Positions 11,972 through 24,060 of a DNA stretch of 64,000 bases are shown one piece after another (positions within the stretch are counted from its first letter, which is position 1; every line of letters begins with the position of its first letter). Location: contig NC_045697.1 in NCBI RefSeq assembly GCF_009834535.1, positions 86,988,001 through 87,052,000 of the forward strand, written 5' to 3'. The notes below the pieces were generated by a model. It had not been told where the DNA came from. It searched no databases and was given only the letters and a program-made list of their open reading frames with translations. Source of the DNA: Camelus ferus. Lineage: Eukaryota. A program made the position numbers and the translations under genes.

Positions 11972-14915
11972 ATTTAAGAGGATAGAAATTATTTCAAGCA
12001 TCTTCTCTGACCACAATGGCATGAAACTAGAAATCAACCACAGAACAACAAATGAGAAAAAAATGACAGCGTGGAGACTAAACATTGTGTTAATAAAAAA
12101 CCAACAGGTCAACGATGAAATCAAAGAATTAAAAAACACCTTGAGACAAACGACCATAAAAACAGAACCACACAAAACCTATGGGATGCAGGAAAAGCAG
12201 TCCTAAAGGGAAGTTCATAGTGATACAGGCCCTCCTTAAAAAAGAAAAACAATCTCAAATAAACAACCTAACCTATCACCTAAAAGAATTAGAAAAAGAA
12301 GAACAAACAAAACCTAAAGTCAGCAGAAGGAAAGAAATAATAAAGATCAGTGAGGAAATAAACAGAGATTAAAAAAAATAGAAAAAAAATCAATCAAACC
12401 AAGAGCTGGTTTTTTGAAAGTGTAAACAAAACTGACAAACCTCTGGCCAGGCTCACCAAGAAAAAAAGAGAGCACACAGACAAAATAAGAAATGAAAATG
12501 GAGACATTACAAGCAACACCACAGAAATACAAAAAATCATAAGAGAATACTATGAACAACTATATGGCAATAAACTGGACAACTTAGAAGAAATGGACAA
12601 ATTTTTAAAAACATACAGTCCACCAAAACTGAATCAAAATGAAACAGATCATTTGAACAGACCGATCACTAGAAGTGAAATAGAATCAGCAATAAAAAAC
12701 CTCCCTACAAACAAAAGCCCAGGATCAGATGGCTTCACTGGGAAATTTTATCAAAATACAAAGAATAGCTCATACCAACCCTTCTCAAACTTTTCCAAAA
12801 GATTGAAGAGGAGGGAATACTCCCAAACTCATTCTATGAAGCCACCATCACCCTGATACTGAAACCAGACAAAGACACTACCAAAAAAAGAAAGCTATAG
12901 GCCAGTATCATTGATGCACATAGGTGCAAAAATCCTCAACAAAATATTAGCAAACATACAACATATAAAAAAAGATCATACACCAATATCAAGTTGGTTT
13001 CATCCCAGGGACACAATGATGGTTCAACATACACAAATCAATCAACGTGATACACTACATCAACAAGAGAAAGGATAAAAATCAAATGATTATCCCAACA
13101 GATGCAGAAAAACCATTTAATAAAATTCAACACCAATTTATGATAAAAACTCTTACCAAAGTGGGTATAGAGGGAACATATCTCAACACAGTAAAAGCTA
13201 TTTATAGTAAACTTACAGTCAGCATAACACTGAATGGTGAAAAACTGAATGCCTTTCTGTTAAAATCTGGAGCAAGGATGCACACTGTCACTATTTCTAT
13301 TCAACACAGTACTAGAAGTCCTAGTCAGCATTTAGACAAGAAAAGAAATAAAAGGGATCCAAACTGGAACAGAAGAGGTAAAACTGTCACTATATGTAGA
13401 TGACATGATACTATATATAGAAAACCATAAAGGCTCCACACAAAAATTTCTAGAGCTAATATAAGAATTCAGCAAGGTAGCAGGATACAAGATTAACATA
13501 CAGAAATTAGTGGCATTTCATTAAACTAACAATGAAATATCAGAAAAGGAAAGTGAAGAAACAATCCCTTTTAAAAGTGTATCCCCCAAAATAAAATACT
13601 TAGGAATAAATCTGAACAAGGAAGTAAAAGACTTATATGTGGAGAACTACAAAACACTGACTAAGGAAATTTAGATTACTTAAAGAAATAGAAAGATATC
13701 CTGTGTTCTTGGGTTGGAAGAATTGATATTTTTAAATGGCCATACTATGCAAAGCAATCTACAGATTTACTGTGATGTCTATCAAATTACCCAGACATTT
13801 TCACAGAACTAGAACAAATAATCCTAAAATTTATAAGGAATCACAAAAGACCCAGAATTGCCAAAGCATTACTGAAGAAAAAGAATGAACCTGGAGGAAT
13901 AATCCTCCCAGACTTCAAACAATACTACAGAGCTACAGTAATAAACAGAGCATGGTACCAGTAAAAAAACAGACATATGGATCAATGAAAAAGAACAGAG
14001 AGCCCAGAAATAAACCAACAGACTTTTGGTCAATTAATCTTTCACAAATGAGCCAAGAACAGACAGTGGAGTAAAGACAGTCTATTCAGCAAATGATGTT
14101 GGGAAACCTGAACAGTTGCATGTAAATCAATGAAGTTAGAATACTCTCTCACACCATACACAAAAATAAACTCAAAATGGCTTAAAGACATAAACATAAG
14201 ACAAGACACTATATACCTCTTAGAAGAAAACACAGGCAAAACATTACCCAACATAAATCTCAACAATGTTCTCCCAGGGCAATCTGTACAAGCAATAGAA
14301 ATAAAAACAAAAATAAACAAATGGAATCTAATTATAAGCTTTTGCACAGCAAAGGAATTCATAAGCAAAACAAAAAGACAACCTATGGAATACGGGAAAA
14401 TATTTGTAGAGAAGAGAGTGACAAGGGCTTAATTTCCAGAATATATAAACAGCTTATACAACTTAATAAGCAAAACAAACAACCCAATCCAAAAATGGGC
14501 AGAAGACCTAAACAAGCAATTCTCTGATGAAGACATACAAACGGCCAATGGGCACATGAAAAAATGCTCAATATTGCTAATTATCAGAGAAATGTAAATC
14601 AAAATTACAATAAGGTATCATCACCAGTAAGAATATCCATCATTCGAAAGCCCATGAACAATAAAAAATGCTGGAGAGGGTGTGGAGAAAAGGGAACCCT
14701 CCTACGCTGTTGGTGGAAATGTAGTTTGGTGCAGCCATTATGGAAAACAATGGAGATTCCTCAAAAAACTAAAAATAGACTTACCATATGACCCAGCAAT
14801 CCCACTTCTGGGCATATATCCAGAGGACCCTGAATTCAAAAAGGTACATGCACCACAATGTTCATGGCAGAACTATATACAATAGCCAAGACATGGAAAC
14901 AACCTAAATGTCCAT

Positions 14916-14972
14916 GTAAGGTAGGGTTTTGAATATGTAGCCTTTTTGAGTTTATTATCCATTTTCATCTTT
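14916..14972 (+). repeat. 57-bp copy of 15783-15839 inserted in the L1 3' region
   Basis: 54/57 identity to 15783-15839; interrupts the L1 motif aacctaaatgtccat...aag(c)tgtggtata. Confidence 0.92.
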
Positions 14973-16879
14973 AAGCTGTGGTATATACATGGAATACTAC
15001 TCAGCCATAAGAAATAAAATAATGCCATTTGCAGCAACATGGATGGACCTGGAGAATGTCATTCTAAGTAAGCCAGAAAGAGAAAGAAAAATACCATATA
15101 GCACTTATATGTGGAATCTAAAAAAAAAAAAAAAAAAAAAAAAGCCAAACCACCTTATCTACAAAACAGAAACAGAGTCACAGAAATTGAAAACAAACTT
15201 ATGGTTACCAAGGGGGCAAGCAGGTGGGAAGGATAAATTGGGAGTTTGAGATTTGCAGATATTAATATACATAAAATAGATAAACAAGTTTATGCTGTAT
15301 AGCACAGGGAACTATATTCAATATCTTGTAGTAACTTATGGTGAAAAAGAGTATGAAAACAAATATATGTATGTTCCTCTATGACTGAAGCATTGTGCTG
15401 TACACCAGAAACTGACACAATGTTGTAAACTGACCATACTTTAATAAAAGTAATTAAAAAAATTTTTAAAGGTGATTTGCTATTTTCACACTAATCCTTT
15501 ATAACTGTTCACTGCTTTTTCATGTACCTTTTGATCTTTTCTTCAGGTCTCCTTGGAACATACTATATAAAACCCGATCAGAATCTATATCTTAGTCTTA
15601 CACCCCGGAGGTTTGTCAATTCATTGAATTAAAACCTAGTTTGGTATCAAACTTCTTTCTACCTTTTGCCTGAATTCCCTATCTAGAATCTTCTGAGTGG
15701 CATGAGATTTATTACTTGGCTAGTGATTTACTCTAATCTTTCCAGTATATTATTTCATAAGGGAAAAATCACTCAGCAAGGGGTAAGGTGGGGTTTTGAA
15801 TATGTAGCCTTTTTGAGTTTATTATCTGTTTTCATCTTTGTTCTCCCTTCCAATAAAGGAAGACAAAGTATCTCTATGCTTTGAGTGTAAAATTCCATGA
15901 TCCTTTCCCCTTAATCTTAAAAAAAAGGAACTTTCCACTCTCTTCTGAAAGAAATATTTTGCTCAAACATTCTGAGGCCTCGTTGCTTTCTGGGTGCTAC
16001 TCAACATTCATATATGACCTTTCCCTGCTTTGAGTTAGTCAGGTCATCTAGTTCCTGAAGCATATCTGATTTTTAAGTACTACAAAAGGTATTTTAAGTT
16101 ATAAAAATGTGTGATTTTAAACCATATTTAGATTAATTCCATCATATTGTGGAATTGTGAATGTGATGATGAATTTTTCCTATACGTTTATCAATTACAA
16201 ATCTGATGTTCATGTGTGTGTTTGTCGGGGTGAATTGGCCCCATCAGTGGAACCTTTCCTTCCTTGGTGTTAGGAATTGCTAGTCCAAGAAGTAGGCATT
16301 CTGGATATCAACAAAGGGTACTATTTTAACGCATTTTTCATACTAACATAGTGTAAGGTATTTTCTGTTAAAGCAATTTCAAGTTTAGTAGCACTGCTTC
16401 TTTTAAAACTTGTCCTGAAGATAAACTCGTTTATTTTAGCATTTCTAGAATGGGGAAATAGGAATGATTCATTTTCGAATTCTTTTTCTCACTATTTTTC
16501 CAATACCACAGATACCTTGTTTTCCTAATGATAAGCGTCAGGATCTTCCCTGGGTATGGCTGCAGAAATCCTACCTAGGAATTTGTGCAAACAGAACCCC
16601 TCAAAGACTACTAATTTCTTTCAAATTAGAAATTATCTTAAGAAACTAGAACAAGGTTATTGACTTGCCAACCTCTTCCTTTTGGCTCTCTCATATTTTT
16701 GACCTTCTCATTCTTCCTTTACTCCAACTTGTTAGAGGCCAGAGATTTCATTCTTTTATTTTCACTGTTCTAGTCTTTAACGCTTCTACTCTCACTTTTC
16801 AGAATTCAGAGCCACTGTATTTAGATAACTCTAATTAGCTATAATATTATCACTGTTACCAGAGATAGAAGCTACCACA

Positions 16880-17190
16880 GAGGTGTCTTAATAAGTTTGT
16901 TTATTCAATAAAAATTTATTGAGTGCCATGTGCAGGCATACAGAAATTAATGCATAATACAGTAAGGCCAGTCATTCTCTTTCTCCTTGCACCACTGTAT
17001 TTTTCCTAGTAACATTTACCACCACTTATATATTACTTATTCATTTGTTATTTGTATCTTACCTACTTAAATAGATGCTCCAGATGTAGAAACTACTCTG
17101 TTCACTATAATGTTTACCTAGTACTTAAAAGAGAAGCTATAACAGTGTGTACAGGAACACAGTAATGTTTAGCAAGTGAATGAATAGGTC
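16880..17190. mobile_element. L2 fragments
   Basis: L2 3'-end-like motifs (ttattcaataaaaatttattgagtgcc; gtgaatgaat). Confidence 0.5.
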
Positions 17191-17877
17191 CCTCCCATTT
17201 ACTCATCTGTTTAGTACCCAGTTTACAAGGTCAAGCCACTGTTAGGTCTTTTATTTCTCAAAATCATGGGGCAGAGACAAAGGAATGGACTGACTATATG
17301 TGTCAGAAAGGATAAAGGATATGTTTAAAGTATTATTTTAGTTTTGAGTTTATGCATTTGTTCATGGTGAGGGTTAAACTCTCATCTACAAGAAATGCTT
17401 GACACTAATGCCTGGGAGGAGTGAATCACTTTAAGGAGAAAAACTGGCTCAGATGTCTGAAAGTAATGCTAATTAGCTATTTACAGTTAATAGCTATCAC
17501 TTATGCTTAAATTCCACCTAACACCAATATTTACAGAAATTAAATATGATTTAGTATCTCACTTTATATTTTTTACTACAACATTGAGCTACACACTAAT
17601 ACTCAGCTTTCATATTTTACTGCTTCTTTGGATAGGTCTCTATAACTTAAAATAATCAAAACCCTAAGTAGGAATATCACTTCTGTTTAATCCATAAGGA
17701 AATCAAAGTCTTAAATAATTTGTATCTGGTCTCTAACTTCTGCCAATCCCAACTACCTAGATGCACAGGGGGACCATGATTAGATTCTGAAAAGCAGTAC
17801 TTCCTCATTCTTAAAGAACCAATCACTGGCAAATTCGAAAATCAGCAAATGGAGCATCTGTATGCCCAATGTTTTAC

Positions 17878-18030
17878 TTTGGTGGTTCTCAAACTTAACT
17901 GTGCACTTGAATCACATGCAGGGCTTTTTAACATACAAACTGTTGAGCAGCATCCCCGGAATGTCTGCTTCATCAGGCCTCGGGGCAGGAAAGAGGTGTG
18001 AGAATGTGTGGTTTCTATTAAGTTGATGCT
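17878..18030. mobile_element. MER5A-like hAT-Charlie DNA transposon remnant
   Basis: ggtggttctcaaactt...gaatcac...tgagaatgtgtggtttcta resembles MER5A. Confidence 0.6.
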
Positions 18031-18409
18031 GTTACTGTCACTTAGCTCCAAACTTGCCCTTGATGCTCTGCCTAGTGATACTGGAGTTGGGGCCCTAATA
18101 ACCAATTCCTGCTCTGCCAGCTGACGCTTTTTTAGGCTCCACCAACATGCAAGGCTGGAAGAGGAAGAAGGGACCAGTTCCTTCCTGTCTGCCTCCTGTG
18201 GGCTTTCCATGTGCTTTGCGGTTCCTATATGGCCTCAGCATACTGCCTCATTCTGGCAGCAGCGTTCCTTCCCATCACAACAGCTCCAATCCAGTTTGCA
18301 GTTTTCTAGCATTTCCAACATAAACTTCGTTGTGCCCCTTCGCAGAGACATCAAGAGCAGCTGAACAGCATTCCTTATTAGAGATCTGGTTAGCTATGTG
18401 CAGTCACAA

Positions 18410-18760
18410 ATGAAGGGATGCACAACCTACCAGAATGGTATAGACTGCCTTAAACTGAAGACATCTGAGATACAGCAAGATGCAGAAAGACTTTTCTGAG
18501 ATTCCCTTTATCTGATCAAAGGCAGAGCTTTCTAACAACAAAGCTGCCAAAAATCCCTTCTTGGGGAGCTTCCAGCCAGGAAGGAAACTAACGTTCAGCA
18601 TCTGGTGAGAAACTGCATACACATACTTTATCAGAAGCTGCTACACGTATAACTACTCTTTATCCCTTCGTTTAATCATCTACCTTTTCTCCATAATACT
18701 TTTTTCTCCATACATTTTTATTCTAGCCTCTCTGTTTTAGGCCACTAAATATGTTCTGCT
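18410..18760 (+). mobile_element. MER34-like ERV1 solo LTR
   Basis: Starts tgaaggg...ctgaagacatctgagatacagcaagatgcagaaagac; resembles the reverse complement of the LTR end at 42850-42950; right boundary uncertain. Confidence 0.5.
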
Positions 18761-19113
18761 TAGTATCACTGCTGGCACCAGAACTGAACAAAATTGTTAA
18801 CTTCAGCAACAGACAGTGGTATCTGTACTACATATTAAAAAAAGCAAAAGAACTACCTCCCTAAAAACAAACCCCATTCAAGTGTGTTGTATCCTATGCA
18901 ATGTACATACAGGCATTGCCACACAACTACTGACTCCTTCAAATCCAAGTTTTAATTCATTTAATGTTTTCTTTGCTTTAAGTTTAGTGAAAAGATTCCT
19001 CTCTAGGCTTAAATTTTGATTCTGCCAATATCTAGTTGTGTAATGCTGAATAAGTTATTGGAACCCGTTTAAATCAAAGTTCTGAAAAGTGGAGATAATA
19101 ATGAACATGATTA

Positions 19114-19339
19114 TGTATTTTATGTATATTAGTATCTGCAAATTTCGAATTCCCAATTTATCCCTTCCTACCTCCTTCCCCTCTTGGATATTCAGTATCT
19201 TATTGTAACCTCTGGTGTAAAAGAATATGAAAATGAATATACGTACGTTCATATATGACTGAAGCATTATGCTATACACCAGAAATTGACATAGCATTGT
19301 ATATTGACTATACTTCAATAAAAAACATATATATACAAA
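19114..19339 (+). mobile_element. Short L1 3' end with 5' inversion (twin priming)
   Basis: About 19114-19188 is inverted L1 3' UTR; 19189-19325 is sense 3' UTR ending cttcaataaaaaa; near-perfect TSD aacatgatta 19104-19113 / aatatgatta 19340-19349. Confidence 0.8.
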
Positions 19340-20926
19340 AATATGATTAAATGAGGACATTTTTGCATATGTCACCAGAATTATCATTATTTGTCTGATT
19401 TTATTTCTATTAAATAGCAGAATATGATGGAATTAAAATAATTTTCTTAGACTGAAAACCTCATCAACCAGGATCAGAAATGTGTTCTGTTACAGAAGAA
19501 CAAGTGACTGGGGAATGATCAAGTGTTAGCAAATGTTTGGCTATACATTTTTAGGAGGCTAGAGCAGAGCTGGTGCTACTACTTTACTCGGGTTTTTAAT
19601 CCTCTTCAGATATGGCTGTAGGTTCCAAGAGTCACCAAATAAACCATTTAGTAAGCTATCTAGGGTTAATTACTCAAAAGTTCCCCCAGCTTAAGGTATG
19701 ACCTTCAATTGACCCTAAAGTTTAGGGAGGATGGAAAACTCTCCATTCACATCTTTGTAAGTAAATGTTACAGGATGATGAATGGTGGAAACAATGCCAC
19801 TGTGGATAGGTCTTATGGAGTTTTTTTTTTAGTCATTAAGTCTTGGGTCTCCCTTTGTTTCCTGACCACGCTGGAAAACACTAGCAATTATTTCTTTAAA
19901 ACTAAGATGAACAAAATTAGAGAAGCATTAAATGCAATCATGATTAACTGAGGATCATGAAAGTTTTCAGTCATTTACAGTGTTTAGGCAAATTAAGCAT
20001 ACGTAGTTTTGACTATTGCCCTCTTTTAAAAATATAGCTCAACTCCATTCTTTCCTTTTCGATTGCTATAATACAGATTGTTCTGGAAGTTTGATTTCTG
20101 CAAACTGAACCTCTTAAATCATTTGACTTGGCAGGTTTTATATAGAAAAAAAAAAAAAACAAACACAAACACATCACTCTGTCTACGTTTGAAGTTAAGA
20201 CGGGCCAGCCTAACTGCCAGGGAGGAGCCTTCTGTTCTTTTATTCAGATGACAACCCAATTTTTAACATTATCAGACCTAGGTTTGTTTTCTATGAATTT
20301 CCATGTTTTAATTACCCATTTGAGTAATTACATAAATAGATTATTTGGTAGATCAATCAATCCTGAAAACTGCTCCGAGTGGAAGCAATCATGTTAGCCT
20401 GGCTGTCTTTCAGTCTCTGTTAGTCCTTAATAAAATTTTTATTTGACAGAGTCATTTCTGAAAAAGCGCATCATTTAAAAATCTTACGTAAGTTTACCCT
20501 TTTCCTTCCAAAATACCACAGTGATTTAAGCCAGATTTTATCTGGTATGGGAGAGTTACAGTACTGTGGTATTTCATTTGTGTTCACTGAATCTAACTCC
20601 TTACTTTCATAAATAGAGAAACCTAGGCTCCCAGAGGCTCAGAAATTTGCCCAGAATCATATAATTAGTTAGTGGCAGGGCCAATCTTACAACCAGGTCT
20701 CCTAATTCAATTTTATATGTACAACTTCTGTCATTTGAGCCTAGAAAAGACTGAATTTTGGTGATACTGCTGCATCTTTAAATGCAAGGAAAAGACAGTA
20801 AAAGGGATACACTTAAAAGATAATCAAACCTTTTATAATACCTCTTTAGAAGTAACTTTTACATACTATAAGATCTTTTTTTCAACCTTAGGAAAAGTTA
20901 ACCAATTTATGTTACTTGTATATACT

Positions 20927-20928
<2 letters not shown>

Positions 20929-20960
<32 letters not shown>

Positions 20961-20963
20961 TGT
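20929..20963. repeat. (TG)n microsatellite
   Basis: TG run with one interruption. Confidence 0.9.
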
Positions 20964-21484
20964 GGTGTCTGTCCATAATGTTTGGGCATATCATCTGTCT
21001 GCCATATTGCAGTTATAATACCCACTTTCAGTCAAAGCCAATTTAATTGAACAAAATCTTAAGTAAGTCTTCTCAGACCTTGGGTACTCAATTATATGCA
21101 AGCCCCTTGGCCTAAGGGTAGGGAGATCTGAATGACAGAATAATAAAATAATGATTACAGGAACTTTTCTTCTGTAGGTTAGAACAGGATAAGTTAAGGA
21201 CCATCTGGTGTCCCTCACAATTTCATGGGGTGTAGGGAAATAGCTGTATGTCTTTGATATCCTTACCTGATCCTTGGAATTGAATGCAGAGAGAACTGGA
21301 GTTTACTACTCATGTGAAATGAGTTATTTTAGGTTTTGGCTGTTTTTTTTTTTTTTTTTTTTTAAAGATTACAGACCCTGAAATTAGACTGGCTAGATTA
21401 GAATCCTGGTTCCACTACTACATTATCTGCATAGTTTTGGGTAAATTACTTAGCCTCTCCACATGCCTTTCACCCTATCTCCAA

Positions 21485-23420
21485 TTTTTGGATCTAGCAA
21501 TTGACCCTAAGGTAAAAGATCCATGCATGATAAATAACACAGTACAGTCCTATCTGAGTATAATTTCTTATTCATTTTGTCTCATTAGTATAATTTACAC
21601 CTCAATTAAAACACCATTCTATCTGTAAGTAATATATTTCTTTAAAATATTCTGTAATTCAGATTTCTGTTTAACAAACTTCCACTCTAACCCCTTTTCT
21701 CAAATCAGTGTGATTTTATGGTATACTTTATTAAATTGTTTGCTTTTTCTCCCGTCAGTGAAACTCCCTCTCAACTCAACCTCTTATTATAAGGCAAATA
21801 CAGATGTAGTACAATTAACACACTAGAAAAAAGGATAATAAATACATATGGATCCATGCTAAATGAAACAATACGAAGCAAAAACCACACAACACCATAC
21901 TATGCTCATCAATTCTGAACCACTCAGGAGGGCCCTGAGAGCATCCTGGCTCACATAATCTGATGTTCCCAGACACCCCTAGTATCCTATACTCCAACAT
22001 AATTAACTGTTCTGTTAAAGATGTTTCTATGTTTACTTCTGTTTGTTTAAAATAGTCTACAGCAACTTTGACTTCTAATCCTGAACAAGACGATTAAGTA
22101 GTAACACACTATTTTTAATCAAGTCAAAGATTTTAACCTAAGTATTTAAAAACAGACATTCAGGGGGCCAAGCAACATGACTGGTTGGAAATTTCACATG
22201 TGTCATTAATTACCTTTGCTTCAGTGAAAAAGAATTATTTAAGCAACTGACCAAAGATCATTTAAAAGCCAAGCAGCAGCAGTCAGCAGGTGAAGAACCC
22301 TGTCCACAACCTCCACCTGTAACACACTGTCAATCTCTGCAGGAATAGGATGCTCTGGACCCACCATCGGTACAACACATTCTATCTCTCAACCCAGATG
22401 CAACCAGGATACACAGACTAGGAAGCGGAGTACAGACTAACTCAAAACCACTTTTGGAACAAATAGCAGATTTCAATTTGTCAGTGATTCTATAGTGCAG
22501 TACTCTCACAAAGCAGAGGCTTTGCATCATAACACCTGCTTCTTCCATTTAACATACCAAGTTAAACTGATAAAGTAAAATAATGTCAAAAAGAACACAA
22601 AAGATAAGCATGTCTTCTCTGAAAAAAAGCACTGCATCTGGAATTGTAATAAGGCTAAATAAATAGTGCTGGTTTGTGGTTCAGACTAATGTGCCAGTGA
22701 TTACGTTAACCTACAGCTTCACTATCTGTCCTGTTTGCCTGTTTGTCAAGATGTGTCTATCCTCTCTTCCTGGAAGACCAGCATTCCCAGGTGCCAGTGA
22801 GAGGCCTCATTCATGGCGTTGGACTGGATGCACCTGCAGTACTGCTGGGGGTACTGCTCAACTCATCAGCACAGTGTTTCTTATGCCAGAGGTGGAAAAG
22901 ATCAGGAACTGGAGTTTGAATCACAATCAGATCACCATGGTAGTATTTTAGATAAAGATGAACATCTATTCACCCAAGCATTTTAATTCCATGTCAATTC
23001 CACCAATCAGGAAATCTGATCGATACTGATAAGTCATTCCAAAGCCAAAACCTCACCAAAAGCCAGATCCCTTTTGTGAATCAGATGCTGCTCCACAGGT
23101 GGCAGGCAGCACATCTTTACTGGCATAAATGATGGCAGGGTCATTAAGACTGAACACCACAGGGTAAAAACCCCTTCTTACTTGGTTCAGCATTTAACTG
23201 GCAGCTAATTGTTAAGGAATTCGGCTGAGAAATATATGTCAACATCACAAAAAAACATCAAGACCTCTCTCTTGTCCCAAGATCGGGCATCCTCATCTTC
23301 CTGTTCATCATTATCATCTTTGTCATTAATGACCTCCGAGTCAGCTTCAACAACTTCTACCAATTCATCTCGCTTTTCTAACTGGATTTTCCTTAGGATA
23401 AGGCCCATTTTCCAACCACA
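21485..23420 (-). pseudogene. CSGALNACT2: Processed pseudogene (retrocopy) of CSGALNACT2: partial CDS about 23420-22706 plus about 1.2 kb of 3' UTR
   Basis: Minus-strand peptides [73 protein letters not shown] and SEAVG-TAA (stop 22706-22708); multiple frameshifts and stops; no introns. The UTR extent rests on recalled similarity to the parent mRNA and is less certain. Confidence 0.9.
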
Positions 23421-23899
23421 ACTGATCTTTTCAAAATCTGTTTCACAATTCTAATGGATAAAACTTTTATAAGCTACACTCAATAAAACTTTTATAAGTT
23501 ACATATAGAAAAAGGTCCTGAAAAAGAGAAATGTCATGGCACAATTTAAGTAAGCATTGGAAATGTTTATGTATTATAAGCCTATTGCTGAGGTTAGTTA
23601 GTTAAATAGGACTCTGCACCTTATTCTAATTATTAGATATTTCTGTAAATAAACATCTTTATCATGTTATTCTTACCAAGAAAAAAGTAACTTTCTTGGC
23701 TTTTTGTTATATTAAAAAAATATAATGCACGTCATTCTGTTGTGTACTGATATAAATATAAATTGATACAAATAAGAAAATAAAGCATTAATATTATACT
23801 TTAGGTAATTCTACCCAGCAGAGTTTTTACACTGCTGCACATTATGTGTTTTATACTTTTGTGTATTTTGGGTATTAGGTATGAATGTAGCTAAAAAAG

Positions 23900-24060
23900 A
23901 CAGCTAATGTATTTTTTCTATGAGGAAGGTATTATTATATTGGTTTCAAGAATGAAGAAACTGAGGCTCAGAGACTTAGTCAAGGTAGAAGTGGTGTAGG
24001 GATCAGAACTCAGGTCAGCCTAACTCCCATGTCCATTTTGTTTATACCAACTCTCATTCA
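23900..24060 (-). mobile_element. MIR SINE
   Basis: MIR core atgaagaaactgaggctcagaga. Confidence 0.65.

Larger units (their letters stand above)
5577..15465 (+). mobile_element. Full-length decayed LINE-1 split by a nested insertion: 5' UTR 5577-7080, ORF1 remnant about 7084-7847, ORF2 about 8270-8921 then 11987-15120, 3' UTR to about 15465
   Basis: 5' end ccaagatggcagag; ORF1/ORF2 peptides; ORF2 reads ...FKRIE at 8908-8921 and resumes [15 protein letters not shown] at 11973 onward; no clear outer TSD found. Confidence 0.92.

Noticed and set aside
23205..23408. 67-aa ORF as a functional micro-gene
   Set aside because: Fragment of the decayed CSGALNACT2 retrocopy; its start is out of the parent frame and it stops just after the DxD motif
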